From positions 13,950,001-14,014,000 of the forward strand of contig OZ059895.1 of assembly GCA_964057225.1 (NCBI GenBank): DNA of 64,000 nucleotides, written 5' to 3'. The notes beneath the pieces were generated by a model that saw only the letters and a program-made list of their open reading frames with translations, was not told the origin of the DNA and did not search any database. Both the position numbers and the translations under genes were made by a program. This DNA is from Auanema rhodensis. Its lineage: Eukaryota > Animalia > Nematoda. Below are positions 1 to 13,207 of this stretch, in pieces (the first letter of the stretch is position 1; each line of letters opens with the position of its first letter).

Positions 1-613
1 GTGGTCACCTTTTTTGTATTTTCATTTGAAGAGCAAAGGCTACAAATTTCAAAGATGCAACGCTCCAGATTCAAGATCTTCATTGTTAAGAAACTTATAT
101 ATTGCGCGATGTGCGGAAGGTCAATCTGTAATCAAAGTCATTTTGTCTACGATCGTTTTAAGGGTTTATGCGCTCAGTTGTTCTATTCGTAAGGTTTTGG
201 TTATATATGTGATAAATGGTTTTTTCAACATAAAATATAATTTTATATTTTTTTTTGTCATAAAATACATTCTTTAGAAGTATGACTTATGATGTGATTA
301 AAGGTTTTCGCAAAATCATCATTAATAAATGAAGAGTCTTGGTAATTGATTCCTTTAATGATAATTGGGGGACTGGTCTGGAACAAATATTTATGTATTA
401 CTTTTATCTCAAAATAATGCTTGCTTTGTACCTATTAGTTCAGATACTTATCTAATTTTTATGCTGAGTTACATTATCGTTTTTATGATTTGCTTTTACC
501 TTTAGTTAACATTATTGTTTTTGTTACGTGTCGTATATATCGGAGTTATACATCATGTCTTGCTTGAAAAGTTTTGAATTGGATATTTTTTCCAGGTTTT
601 GGGTTTCGCTATC

Positions 614-2306
614 ATGTCTCTGTCTGCTAATATCCTCAGAAGAACTTCCAGTCTTCTTTCTAAGGTAAGCGATTGGGTATTATGATATGTTGTTAATATG
701 GAGTCCTTAGGCTTCTGGAGTTCCAGCTTGCTCATCAGTTGGATTCTCCACTGGTGCCGATCAATCAGCCAACTTGAAAGAAGTTTTGGCTAAGAAGATT
801 CCTGCTCACAATGCCAAGGTTAAGGAGTTCAGAGGAAAGCACGCTAGCACTGTTGTGCAACAAGTTAATGTTGACATGGTATGTAATTATTTTAGCTGAA
901 TATCATAGATATGAAATATTCCATTTCAGATTTACGGAGGTATGAGATCCATGAAGGGTATGGTCACTGAAACCTCTGTCCTCGACCCCGAGGAGGGTAT
1001 CCGTTTCAGAGGATATTCCATCCCTGAATGCCAGAAGCTTCTTCCTAAGGCTGCTGGAGGTGAAGAGCCTATCCCAGAAGGAATCTGGTGGCTCCTCTGT
1101 ACTGGAGATATTCCATCCGAGAAGCAGGTAATAACTTGTTAAGTCTGCTTTCATTCAAATATGTTTTATAGGTTGCTGCTATCACCAAGGAATGGAATGC
1201 TCGTGCTGATCTCCCAGCTCACGTCGCTAGAATGTTAGACAACTTCCCAGATAATCTCCATCCAATGGCTCAATTCGTTGCTGCTATTGCTGCTTTGAAC
1301 AATGAAAGCAAGTTCGCTGCTGCTTACGCACGTGGAGTACCAAAGTCCGCCTACTGGGAGTATGCTTATGAAGATTCCATGGATCTTCTCGCCAAGCTCC
1401 CAACTGTTGCTGCCATGATCTACCGCAACTTATACCGCGATGGATCCGCTGTAGGAGTTATCGACCCCAAGAAGGATTGGTATGAACTAAAATGAATCTC
1501 TTAGGTTTTACATCTAATTTTAGGTCTGCTAACTTCTGTTCCATGCTCGGATATGATGACCCATTATTCGCTGAGCTCATGCGTTTGTACCTCGTTATCC
1601 ACTCTGACCATGAAGGAGGAAATGTTTCTGCCCACACATCTCACCTTGTAGGATCGGCTCTTTCTGATCCATATCTCTCATTCTCTGCTGCTATGGCAGG
1701 TCTTGCTGGTCCACTCCATGGACTTGCTAATCAAGAAGTAGTAATAGATTGTATTTCGCCATAACATTAATTTTTCTAGGTCTTGGTATTCTTGAACAAG
1801 ATTGTCTCTGAAGTTGGATTCAACTACTCAGAAGAACAACTCAAGGAATGGGTCTGGAAGCATCTTAAGAGCGGCCAAGTCGTCCCTGGATACGGACACG
1901 CCGTTCTTCGTAAGACTGACCCACGTTACGAATGCCAGCGCGAGTTTGCTCTCAAGCACTTGCCAAAGGATGACTTATTCCGTCTTGTATCCACCCTTTA
2001 CAAGGTTACTCCCGATATCCTTCTCGAGCAAGGAAAGGTATGTTCATTTGCTATTTTAATTTTTAATCGCATTATATCTAGGCCAAGAACCCATGGCCAA
2101 ATGTTGATGCTCACTCAGGAGTCCTTCTTCAATACTTCGGAATGACTGAAATGTCCTTCTACACCGTTCTCTTCGGAGTTTCTCGCGCTCTCGGATGTCT
2201 TTCTCAACTCATCTGGGCTCGTGGTATGGGACTTCCTCTTGAACGCCCCAAGTCTCACTCTACCGAAGGATTGATGAAGCTTGCTGCTGCTGCTAGCAAG
2301 AATTGA
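614..2306 (+). CDS. cts-1: Mitochondrial citrate synthase (multi-exon)
   Basis: Spliced [20 protein letters not shown]...LAAAASKN*; contains [49 protein letters not shown] and WPNVDAHSG; N-terminal basic transit peptide. Confidence 0.98.
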
Positions 2307-2630
2307 ATTATTTATTAGTATTGTAGAATTAACATTAGGTGTCCCCTTGTTTTAGTTGCAGTACATCATGTTGTTCTACGAAAATAACTTATTATAAAGC
2401 CTTATCTGTAGACTATCATTAAATGTTATCTAATCATTTGTGTGAAATAGGCTCCGCTGGGTCGAATGTTCTAGAATTCAGAGAACAATCAACGAATGCA
2501 ATTACATCATCAGATAATATTTATTAAATCTGTGCGACTTGAACGATTTCATGAAATAACAAAAACAAAATAACAGCCTACACTATAACTAGAAATTACA
2601 GAAAAAAAAACAAAATGCTGGACAAAATAA

Positions 2631-3169
2631 TTAATGGAAAACTCCTAGGAGATCAGACTCTCTGAAGATAGAGTACTCTCTCTCTTCAACAACAACCTGA
2701 AAGTTTTAAAATAGCGGTTTAGTCCTGAATAAATTTACCTTGGTTCCTCCGTACTCTGGGAGCAAAACACGGTCTCCAGCTTTCACCGATACTGGAATAA
2801 GTTCTCCCTTTTCATTGCGAACACCTTGTCCTACAGCAATTACAGTGGCTTCGAGTACCTTAAACTTTTAATTTAAAATATTCTCCGGTGTAAACTCTTA
2901 CTTTTCCCTGAGATTTCTCTGGGAGCATAATACCACCCTTGGTCTTAGTTTCAGCAGCAATTCTTTCAATAAGAACACGATCATGGAGAGGCTTGAAAGA
3001 CTTCAAGATATCAGAAGCCTTAAAAAAAAAATTAGAAATCTCACCACGCATGATGTAAAATTTCAAAATATTCAAAATATAAATTGAATGCGTTGAAATT
3101 TTTTTAAAATTTATAATCCTCATAGAGAAAGTAACTTACAGCAGCCCGTCTAATAGCAGAGAGGAACAT
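2631..3169 (-). CDS. hsp-10: Mitochondrial 10 kDa chaperonin (HSP10/GroES)
   Basis: 4 exons: MFLSAIRRAA|SDILKSFKPLHDRVLIERIAAETKTKGGIMLPEKSQGK|VLEATV..GDRVLLPEYGGTK|..FRESDLLGVFH*. Confidence 0.97.
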
Positions 3170-3607
3170 TTCTAGTAAATCGCAAATTAACAAATGAAGA
3201 ACACAAACCAGAGGAGTGAAATTTTGTCTCTGACAATCTGAAGCTAACGTAAAGAGGCGGGGCTTAAAAAATATCAGCCAATCAGCAACGAGTTCGCGAA
3301 CTTTCCTCTTCGTCTCTATCCCTTCATCAGAGCAAGTTTTCTGCCAGAAGATATCTGTGCCTCGTAAGAGTTTGACGTTTGCGTCACAGTGAAAACGTTT
3401 TGTTTTTCTTCTTTTCACTGTTATTAATAAGAAATTCCTAACTCAACCAAATTTTATGTTCATAAAATTGGTTCTGACACTCAAAAATCAGAAAATATTT
3501 AGTTTCTTAATGATGCAATACTAGAATTCATTGTTGGTTTTCTTCTACATTGTTTTTAATTGGTCTGCCTGTCTCTTTATTAATCAAATTTTGTTTTAGA
3601 GTCAGAT
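3170..3607. promoter_or_regulatory. Bidirectional hsp-10/hsp-60 promoter with GC box, CCAAT box and heat-shock element
   Basis: 438 bp between divergent ATGs; GGCGGGGC at ~3256, GCCAATC at ~3277, TTCgcGAActTTC at 3293-3305. Confidence 0.75.
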
Positions 3608-5616
3608 ATGTTACGTGCCAGTCAATCAGTTGCCAGAACTCTTGTTCGTGGATATGCTAAAGATATTAAATTCGGAGCTGAAGGCAGAAAGGCCATGCTT
3701 GTAGGTGTCGACCTTATCGCTGATGCCGTATCTGTTACCATGGGACCCAAGGTATACAAAGTAATGCAGAATAAAATATGGCATTGTTTTGTAGGGTAGA
3801 AATGTTATCATTGAGCAATCATGGGGAAGCCCAAAGATTACCAAGGATGGAGTAACTGTAGCTAAATCTATTGACTTGAAGGACAAATACCATCATTTGG
3901 GAGCTAAACTTATCCAGGTATAATTTTGTATAAGTTGCTTTTATAATGTTTCTGTGAAGGATGTAGCCAATAAGGCTAATGAAGAGGCTGGAGATGGAAC
4001 CACATGTGCTACCGTTCTTGCTCGCTCTATTACCCGTGAAGGTTTTGAGAGTATCAGCAAGGGTGCAAATGCTGTTGAAATTCGTAGAGGAGTTATGGCC
4101 GCTGTTGAAGTTGTCATTAGTGAGCTCAAGAAGATGAGCAAGCAGGTAATTGTATTACCTAGTTCTGTTTTTACATTTGTTTTCAAGGTAACTACTCCAG
4201 AAGAGATTGCTCAAGTTGCTACCATTTCCGCTAATGGAGATAAGGCTATTGGAAGCCTCATCTCTGAAGCCATGAAGAAAGTCGGAAACAAGGGTGTTAT
4301 CACTGTTAAGGATGGTAAGACTCTTGTCGATGAACTCGAACTTATCGAGGGTATGAAGTTCGATCGTGGATACATTTCTCCATATTTCATCAACTCAACC
4401 AAGGGAGCCAAGGTTGTTTTGTTTAAAAAATATTTTTATAAGTTATAAATTGTTAGGTTGAATACGAGAAAGCTCTGGTTTTGTTGAGCGAGAAGAAAAT
4501 CAGTCAAGTCCAAGATATTGTCCCTGCTTTGGAATTGGCCAACAAGTTCAGAAAGCCATTAGTCATTATTGCTGAAGATGTTGACGGAGAAGCCTTAACC
4601 ACTCTTGTTCTTAACAGATTAAAGGTATTCCTGAAGTCGACACCTGTGAGTATATATTTTTATTAGGTTGGTCTCCAAGTTGCTGCTGTCAAGGCCCCAG
4701 GATTCGGAGATAACCGTAAAAATACCCTCAAGGATCTTGCTGTCGCTACTGGAGGAGTCGTCTTCGGTGACGATGCTAACCTGGTCAAACTTGAAGATAT
4801 TCAAGCTTCCGATTTTGGAGAGGTTGATGAGGTTACTATCACCAAGGATGATTGTCTTCTTCTTCGTGGAAAGGGAGATGCTGCTGAAGTTGAAAAGAGA
4901 ATTGAGCACATCAACGATGAAATTGAGCAATCTACCAGCGAATATGAGAAGGTAAAACACGAAAATTTTGCGATTTTTTTATTCCAAGTTTTAGGAGAAA
5001 CTCAATGAGAGACTTGCCAAGCTTTCTAGAGGAGTTGCTGTTCTTAAGATTGGAGGTGCATCCGAGGTTGAAGTTAATGAAAAGAAGGACCGTGTCACCG
5101 ATGCTCTTTGCGCTACCAGAGCTGCTGTCGAAGAAGGAATCGTTCCAGGAGGTGGAGTAGCCCTTCTCCGTTCACTCAAGGCTCTTGATAGCTTCAAGGT
5201 TTGTGATGATATCCATAGTATGTTTATTTCAATATATATATTTTTAGGCTCCCAATGAGGACCAACAAGTTGGAATCAACATAATCAAGAAGGCTCTCAG
5301 ACAACCAATCTCTACTATTGTTAAGAACGCTGGACTTGAGCCAGCCTCTATTGTTGAGAAAGTTTTGACCAATGATAACGTAGCTTTCGGTTACGATGCT
5401 ATGAACGATAACTTTGTCAATATGTTCGAGGCCGGTATCATTGATCCAACCAAGGTTGTCAGAACTTCTCTTCAAGATGCTGCTGGAGTTGCTTCTCTTC
5501 TCTCCACAACTGAATGTGTTGTCACCGAGATCCCTAAGGAGGAGCCCGCTGCTCCTGCCGGTATGGGAGGCATGGGTGGTATGGGAGGAATGGGAGGTAT
5601 GGGTGGAATGTTCTAA
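3608..5616 (+). CDS. hsp-60: Mitochondrial chaperonin HSP60 (GroEL)
   Basis: [54 protein letters not shown] motifs; C-terminal (GGM)n tail. Confidence 0.99.
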
Positions 5617-5818
5617 TTTCATCCTTTCCCGGTATATAATCTCATTTCTTCTAGAATTAAAGATCTTGTTTTTAAATTCCGTCATAGTTAAATTGGATAG
5701 TTAGTTGTTTAGAGAGTTTACGTTGTTATTGTTCTCGTTGTATTTTTATTTTGTTTTTGATGACCTTATAGTATCTCAAATACTTTTGTTTTTGCACAAT
5801 GAAAATTATTTATTGTAT

Positions 5819-6564
5819 TTATGCTTTGTATTGCAATACTTTTGGGGCGGAGTGTGGTATACAAGGTTTACCATATTTTGATTCAGCTCTTGATAAGAAT
5901 GCTGCTACCATGGTTTTGACTACTTAAAAAAAAATTTGTAAGAATCCTCTGGAAATGTAATACCTTTGTCGAAGAAAAGATGAGCTATTCTTGAATGTAA
6001 AGATGATTGGAATTCAAATGTCAGGTCATAGTGCAAGGTGCAAGTGTTCGGGTTATCAGACCTACCCTTTCCGAATCGGAACGTAGTGTCCAAAGTTTTA
6101 AACAAATTCTTGTCGACGCATACAGACTAAAAACAAGTTTGAACTAATGGAACCATTATGACATTACATGAACCACCGCAGGCTTTACATGAATAACTTT
6201 ACTAGTGTATCTTTCAAGAAGAGGAGGGAAACCTGAAACAAGTTAGCATCGGTCCCTAAACTTACACTTCAAACCTATTTCTAATTCAGCTAATTGAGAA
6301 TTTGCATGCTCATGATGAACAACAGAACGACGACACCAGGGAACAAACTGACTATATTCAGATACATTGGCAACAACATCAAACATTTGTTCTCGGTTAA
6401 ACCTTAAAAAAGAGGAGCAAATCGAAATATTCTATATGATATAGAAGCTACCCAATAAGTCTCTTTTCAGAATATGCCATTTCCTGATTGTTGAAAGATC
6501 GAATGTTATTATACATAAAGGACCCAGCACCGTTAACACGTTTTAAGGGAGACAGAGACAACAT
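5819..6564 (-). CDS. COQ10-like coenzyme Q-binding START/polyketide-cyclase domain protein
   Basis: Spliced: YSEKRLIG..MFDVVANVSEYSQFVPWC..LAELEIGFPPLLERYTSKV..LFKTLDTTFRF..FEFQSSLHSRIAHLFFDKVVKTMVAAFLSRA. Confidence 0.92.
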
Positions 6565-6668
6565 CTATTATTATTTATTAAATTACGATATATTCAAAAA
6601 TCGGATAGATATCTGAATGAATACCACATCATGAAAACGATCGAAATAACTGTAATCAATGTTTATAC

Positions 6669-7653
6669 TCATTCATGCAAAGTCAAATGATCTGACGATC
6701 TTAACAAAGTTGGGGACGATAATTCATCTTCAACCCCATATGCGATAAAACGTTCATGACCGTCACATATCTGATTTCCCATTATGTGAAGTCGCTGAGC
6801 TGCTGGAGCTAAAGGAGATATTATGGTATCACGTTGTTCCAAACATTGAGAGTTGTGTTCAGCAGCCAAATTTCTATGCTTACTCATCAAGTGAGCATTT
6901 CGTCCCTTAAGATGGCCGCATTATCAACAAACATATACAGTTTAGAACCTTAGCAGAACGTAGTTGTTGACCGCATACAAGGCAAGTAGATAAGTCGTTA
7001 TTTTTCTTTGATAAATCTTGATGTGCATAAGACAAATGATAAGCGAGAACCTGGAGCATAGAGAAAAGTACAATTGAAAAGGGTATTATAGATTAATATA
7101 CCGGAAGAGTTTCGAAAATACGTCCACACATTTCAACACCACATGCCATTTCAATCAAATCACAATTTATATCTATTTGAGTTAATCTTTCGTGAATTGC
7201 ACGAAAAGAAGTTGGATCATTTTCCTTCCGATTATGATACTGAATTGAATTATAACAATGTTAAAATGTTCACGATTACCGGTGCAGCAGAACTTCGACG
7301 CCCAAATGTTTTGACAACTTTTGCAATATATTTGTCTGAGAGTTCACTATGCTGATAAAGAGTTCCTAATTGTAACTAAATAGTTCATTTTACAAAATAC
7401 CGGGTTAACGGTTCCCAGGGTATTATATCATGTCATGTTTGACATAAACTAAGACGCCTATAACCGGTTATGCGCTCACCGTATTTACATCACTAGAGTC
7501 TTCATCTACATTAGTTTTGGATTGTCTCATCCCTAAAATATAGTTGAGCATTTTTATTATAAAATGAATTCGATTACTTCTCGGAGAGTAACTATAATTA
7601 GTTTTTGATAACAAATCCTGAGTTGAAGTTGAAGGAGATACCGGTTCATCCAT
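6669..7653 (-). CDS. Protein with two C2H2 zinc fingers
   Basis: Spliced frames give CGVEMCGRIFETLP|VLAYHLSYAH and CLVCGQQLRSAK|GRNAHLMSKH; 5' exon structure less certain. Confidence 0.75.
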
Positions 7654-7783
7654 AGCTAAATAATTAGTCTAAAGCTAATAAATAAACTTTGCTAAGACGG
7701 TAGAGGAAAACGAAGGAACGTTTGCATTTACATTAATAAAACTATGAGATCATGCTTTATATTGCTATACAAATCACAGTAAA

Positions 7784-8297
7784 TTACTCCATCATAGATA
7801 CTGGTTCAAGAGGTTCAGGTTCGGATTCTGGTTCATCTTTAGTTTGCCCAATATTAGGTGGAAAATGTTTTTCAGATAATCTCGTTAACTCGGTATGAAG
7901 TTGAAATTCCCCCGACTCGGCCAATGCAATATTCTGTTGAGAGGCAAATGTCGAACCTAACAAAAAAACAAGACAATCAAACAAGAATCCCAAAGAACAA
8001 CCTTGATGAGACGACCCTACACAAACGTTTTGTAAGTAGACCATTTGAGAGGAAAGTATCTGATTTACAGAAGTCAAAGCGGTTTTAAATTGTTGTGAAG
8101 ACTCCTCCATTTTGCTCTAATAACATAATGCTTGGCAACAACAAAAAAAGGAAAAGAACCTTGCTAATCTGTTTGTCTTTAGCCAGTTCCGTAATACATG
8201 TTTGAGCGTTTTTCAAAATATCGCGTATTAGGTCTTCTACATTATCTATTTCTTCCAATCTTTTATTTAAATCAACCGCAGTAGCTTGACTTGACAT
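7784..8297 (-). CDS. mdt-11: Mediator subunit MED11
   Basis: RLEEIDNVEDLIRDILKNAQTCITELAKDKQ..F...L..V...LSSQMVYLQNVCVGSSHQGSTFASQQ matches the MED11 pattern. Confidence 0.9.
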
Positions 8298-8628
8298 ACC
8301 TGATATACGGAGTGCAAGATCACTAACAACAAAATTCAAAAAATATTCAAAGGCAACATAAACTTCTACAAGAACAAATAAAAAATTCAGTAGATATTTA
8401 TAACGCATAGAATTATAACATTAGAATGTCGAAACATGAATTAGTGTATTGATATTTTGGTGAGCAATTTTTCAAATAAGTGAAAATGGGAAAACATTTA
8501 AAAAATGGAATAAAATTTGAAAAAGGCAATAGAGTATTCTTTAACAATTTGTGTATGACTAGAAAAACTGTACAACTATACCACAATATTACAGCTATCC
8601 TTTAATACATTTAAAATACTTTTTTACA

Positions 8629-9996
8629 CTAATGAGCTTTGTAACGTGGTAAAGGTGGAGGTGGTAACTTTGAAATTGGTAAAAATGAGAATCTGTAAAA
8701 TAACAGTAATTCAAAAGAACTTGTAAATTGGAAGAAAAACCTTGCTAGAGGATCCTGATGATCAGTGTATGACTGAGCTACTGGAGCAGATGATACCGGA
8801 ACACAAGGTGGAGGAGCTGCTCTAGATGTTACTCTTGGTGGGGGTGGTGGTGGTGGATCGGCTGATGAATTCCAAGAACCTTGTCTTCTGCAAAATAAAT
8901 AATAATAATTGAATTTTAAGAAGTATCTACATTTCTGCGCGCGCTATAGTTGAATTGTTGGTGAAGTCTAACCGAACTGATGAAGTTGGAGCCTGGTTAA
9001 GAATGTATGTAAAAATATACTAAGATACTGAAAAATACCGGAGGTGGTGGTGGAGGAGCCACGTGTGGCCTAGCTGGAGGAGGTACAGTAGGCCTTCCAG
9101 GGTTTCTCACTGGAGTGTTTTGTGTTAAATCCTGAGTTTTATAATGTTATAAAAATACCAAAAAAACATTAAAATAAACCTCATGACTTCTCCTCGTTTC
9201 GTTGCGGTTCGCTGAGCCTACGAACTCTGATCGTACCGGACGATAAGTTTGAAAGTTTTTATTCCCAGGCATTCCAATATTGGGTTTATTGTTCGTAGAA
9301 GGTGGTGGTGGTGGTGGAGGTGGAGGAGAGGGTTTATTCGAGGAAGATACCGCAGGTTTTGAAGCTGGAGCAATAGGAACTGGAGCCGCAGCTGGGGTGC
9401 CGAACAAAGGCTTACCAACTAAAAATAAAAATGTAAATTTCCCGAAAAATATATGCGCATATGAACTATTGAATATAAATAGGCAACCGAATATATTGCA
9501 AATCACTTTACCTGAAGGAAGAGGTGGTGGTGGTGGTTGAGTTTGAGCAGGTTGCGGAGAGGAGTTTATACTAGATATAGATTTCTTCTTATTATCACTA
9601 GGTTTCATAGGTATTCCATTAGCAAATAACCCCCCGACACCAGATCCAGGCATGACTGGACGAGCTGCTGGCCCTCCGCTCGACCCTAAAAATTAATATT
9701 ACCTATTTAATACTATAACTGATATACCTGCTCCCGAATTAACACTACCACCAACCGATGGTGATGATTTTTTTGAAACACCTAATAAGGGATCAGACCT
9801 ATCATTTGTTTGTGTTTTCTTCAATCTCGTTCCTTTCTTAAATGAAAAAATAAGGAGAATCAATATGATATTACATTTATGTTTTTCTTACCGATATATC
9901 ACTCAATAAATCTTTTGACATGGGTTTAGAAGGAGCTGCAGATTGCAGCAAACCCACAGGTGGGGGTGGAGGAGGAGGAGGTGGAGGAGGAGGCAT
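8629..9996 (-). CDS. wip-1: WASP-interacting protein (verprolin family)
   Basis: N-terminal MPPPPPPPPPPPP, WH2 motif LLSDI..GTRLKKTQTNDRS, GGLFANG, proline-rich body, C-terminal RFSFLPISKLPPP WASP-binding motif. Confidence 0.92.
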
Positions 9997-10526
9997 TACT
10001 TAAATAAAATTTACATAAATATGAAAATATATGATAATATTAATAGGAAGAACTGTAAGAAAAACTTATACTAATGAATACGAGAAAATAAAGAAAAATA
10101 TAATTTAGTGAAATAAAAGTAAAATAAAAGGTGGTTACCCGTTGAACTATCTTAAAATGTTAGAAATGATAAACATTAATCAAACATGTTTTATATACAT
10201 TTCCAGGCGGAAAAGCTGAGTAATAGCAAAGTGGGAGGAGCCAACTCACTATTATGTGCAGAAAGAACGCATTTTCTTGGGCGTGTAATAATTTCGTGGT
10301 AGGAGTATCATAATTCAAATCTCGAAAATATATAGCGTTTTCGCGCCGATCATTTGAATATACATATAAGCTTAAACTATTAATGTTTCACTTATAATTA
10401 GAATATTTTAATGTGAGTAAGCTTCTTATTCTTTGTTTTTATTATTTACTCTATAAACTAGTTCATTTTGTAATGTTTAGGCATTGTAAATATATAGAAA
10501 GCGCCTCTTAATTAAGTGAGAGCAGC

Positions 10527-11674
10527 ATGTCAAAGAGTTTTAGCCATAATGATTTATGCAGTTTGTTTGGTAGAAATATAACTAACAATGTTAAAAAATC
10601 AACTGCTGTTGAAGTTGAAAAAGGTGAAATATCGACTTGTTCAATTTAAAAAAATTATTTAGAACCAACAGACAAACAATATAAAGGAGCTAATCGAACT
10701 TTACTTCATAAAATCCAAGAACTGAATGTACGAGTTTTGACAATATATTTGTATAAAATTCTCTTTTAAGCAAACGCTAGCAGAAGCTCAAAAAACAATT
10801 ACTCAATTAAATAAAGAAAATGAAATTTTACGCGGAAAAGTATGTGCTTTAGAAAACAATTCATTAGAAGATTGCTTAGAAATAGTTGTGAATGAGCGCG
10901 TGCAGGTATTTTTAAAAAATTTATATTATTCTAGCATTTCGAACTTTAAGCGTAAGCTAGCACATTTCAATACTATAATGGAAAAAGCTAAGACATCTGC
11001 TTTACAGTATGTAGGACTAATGGAATCTATTAGTCAGGAAATTACTATAGAGTATTTATTTCTGATGATGATATGGATAATTTATTTGTTATAGTTTTCC
11101 TTGTCCGGAAAAATCCATAATTAAGGGTTCTAATTCTAAAAAACCTATCATTGCTAAACCTTCTGTAGAAAAAAGTAAGGGGAAATAATAAGTGTGTTAA
11201 TGTATGTATATATGCTATTGTAGTTGAAGAGCTTCCAATTCGTTCAATTAATACCAAAGCTCGACGTAAGGTAACCTTTCTTCCATTTGATCCTGATGAA
11301 ACACCAAAAGCGGAACGGAGAACCAAACCAGTTATGATAGATCTCGAAACAACACCAAAGGTATTTTAAATATAATTATATGATTTTACGTAATTTACAT
11401 CTTAGGCTCAAATGTCTTTTGATGCAATGTCTGATAGTGACAATTCAATGTATGCTACTCCAATGGCTTCACCTGGTTCGAAACCAATTGAAACTCCCTT
11501 AACCAATACAGTACTAAAAAATCATTTAGAAAAATACTAAAACGTGACATTTAGGGAAGGGTGAAGAGGACTGCTGTCGCAAAAATTCGCACACTAGCAG
11601 AACCAAGCAGAAGAGTTAAGATGAGAAATCCTGGAAAAAAATATGAGGACGCAAGTCCCTTCATCGGCCATTAA
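10527..11674 (+). CDS. sgo-1: Shugoshin
   Basis: N-terminal coiled coil beginning YKGANRTLLHKIQEL; C-terminal basic SGO motif RVKRTAVAKIRTLAEPSRRVKMRNPG. Confidence 0.75.
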
Positions 11675-11842
11675 ATATAATATTCGAAACGTTCTGTAGT
11701 ATAAATAGTTATTTATATTTTATTAGTTTATTATCTTTCATATATATATCGTATATATTACGATTATTATATATCTATATCATGCATCCTATTCATATTC
11801 ATAACTTATTGTTTTATTCATATTTAGATGAAATAGTTGGCA

Positions 11843-12722
11843 ATGGGTAATTGTTTAGGCTGTTACTCTCTTAAGGGACAGCGTGATTTGGAAGACAGCA
11901 TATCATGTAATTTGGGTTGTGTCTACACATGCTATTTAATATTTTTAGTTAAAATAACTAATTGGATCGATAGTTCCGACTTTTCATCGAAGCCAGACTT
12001 AGAAGTAGATTGCAATGTACCTTCTTCTTCATCGCCTAAAAATGTTCATCGTACTGTTGAAGTATTTCAAAATGAGGTTGTACTAAAAATTATTGTTTAA
12101 AACGCTTCAAGTTCAGCGTGTGGATGTAGAGGAAGGCTATCTAACTGCTGTTGAACATATTGAAAGTGAAGATGAGCATCCGGCTGCGCCATCTATTGTA
12201 AGAGTTATGTCTTTTTCTAAACTATATTGTTTTTTTTCTTAGAACACTTCGTATGAAACGTCTGATGAGCAAGTTGAGGAAGTAGTATTTAATTCGGATG
12301 AGCAAAGCATATCTAATGACGATGAACAGAATAATAATATAGAAGTTTGTGAACATTTTCGTGTAAAAGTATTAATATTTTTCTAGTTAATATCAACTGG
12401 CGAGACTTCTTCTAATGAAGCAGATGAAGAATGTATTAGTAAAGTATATAATAATCTTTTTTTTTCATATAAATGTATTTAATTCCAGAATATTAATTAT
12501 GAGTTGCGACCTATAAGGCCGATGCCTACACCGGTGCGTGAGGTTTGTGTTCGATGTTTTCTCAGAGTTTTAGCCATGATGTTGCAGAATGTTCTCTCAC
12601 CCAGCATAAGACTTGAACAGATAGTGAACGAAAGCGGCCGTGTTTCCCATAAGCGCTTGATGAAATATATGGAGCTGCGACAGAAAAAACCGATACCTTT
12701 GAAGTTTCCTGAAGTGGCTTAG
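11843..12722 (+). CDS. Uncharacterised acidic protein with N-terminal MGNCLGC acylation motif
   Basis: Consistent in-phase short exons with GT-AG introns; acidic S/E/D-rich middle; basic C-terminus ...RLMKYMELRQKKPIPLKFPEVA*. Confidence 0.65.
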
Positions 12723-13207
12723 GTACTATTATTTTGTTGTTTAATATGTGGATGAGAATTTTGATGATCTATGTTTTATTATTCAGAGGTTGAAAATTTT
12801 CACTCTGTCTATGTTCTCTCTTCTTACTCCGCTGCTGTTAACTTTTTTTTCTAGCATTTTGCTGGTTGCCTAGTAACCGCCTTTCTTTCTTAAACTCTAG
12901 TAGCGAGGGTATTCAATTATGTGTTATATGTATCTATAATCCATGATTATTATATTTAGTCTTGCGCTCTTCCTATTTCAAGTTTTAAACTTTGAAGCCA
13001 TTTTTATTCGTTCTAGTAGTGTACAGGTAAATCTAGTGATGTAAAAATATCATTTCCTTTTTTAGCTTCGTTTAACTTTACCCATTTTTATCTCAGAATT
13101 TTGATATATATAATATGCTTTATGGTATCGTAAATGCTTGGTTCTTCTCAACAAGAAATTAAATGTTTTCATATACAATTGTTTTCTTAGGCTTTGTTTT
13201 CGATTGA

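Noticed and set aside
1-300. ORFs at the window start, possibly the 3' end of an upstream gene
   Set aside because: No recognisable motif and the frame is ambiguous without upstream context
7380-7480. Apparent in-frame TGA (selenocysteine or readthrough) in the C2H2 gene
   Set aside because: It disappears when the whole segment is treated as one ~100-nt intron (ACG|TTA CAA TTA GGA)
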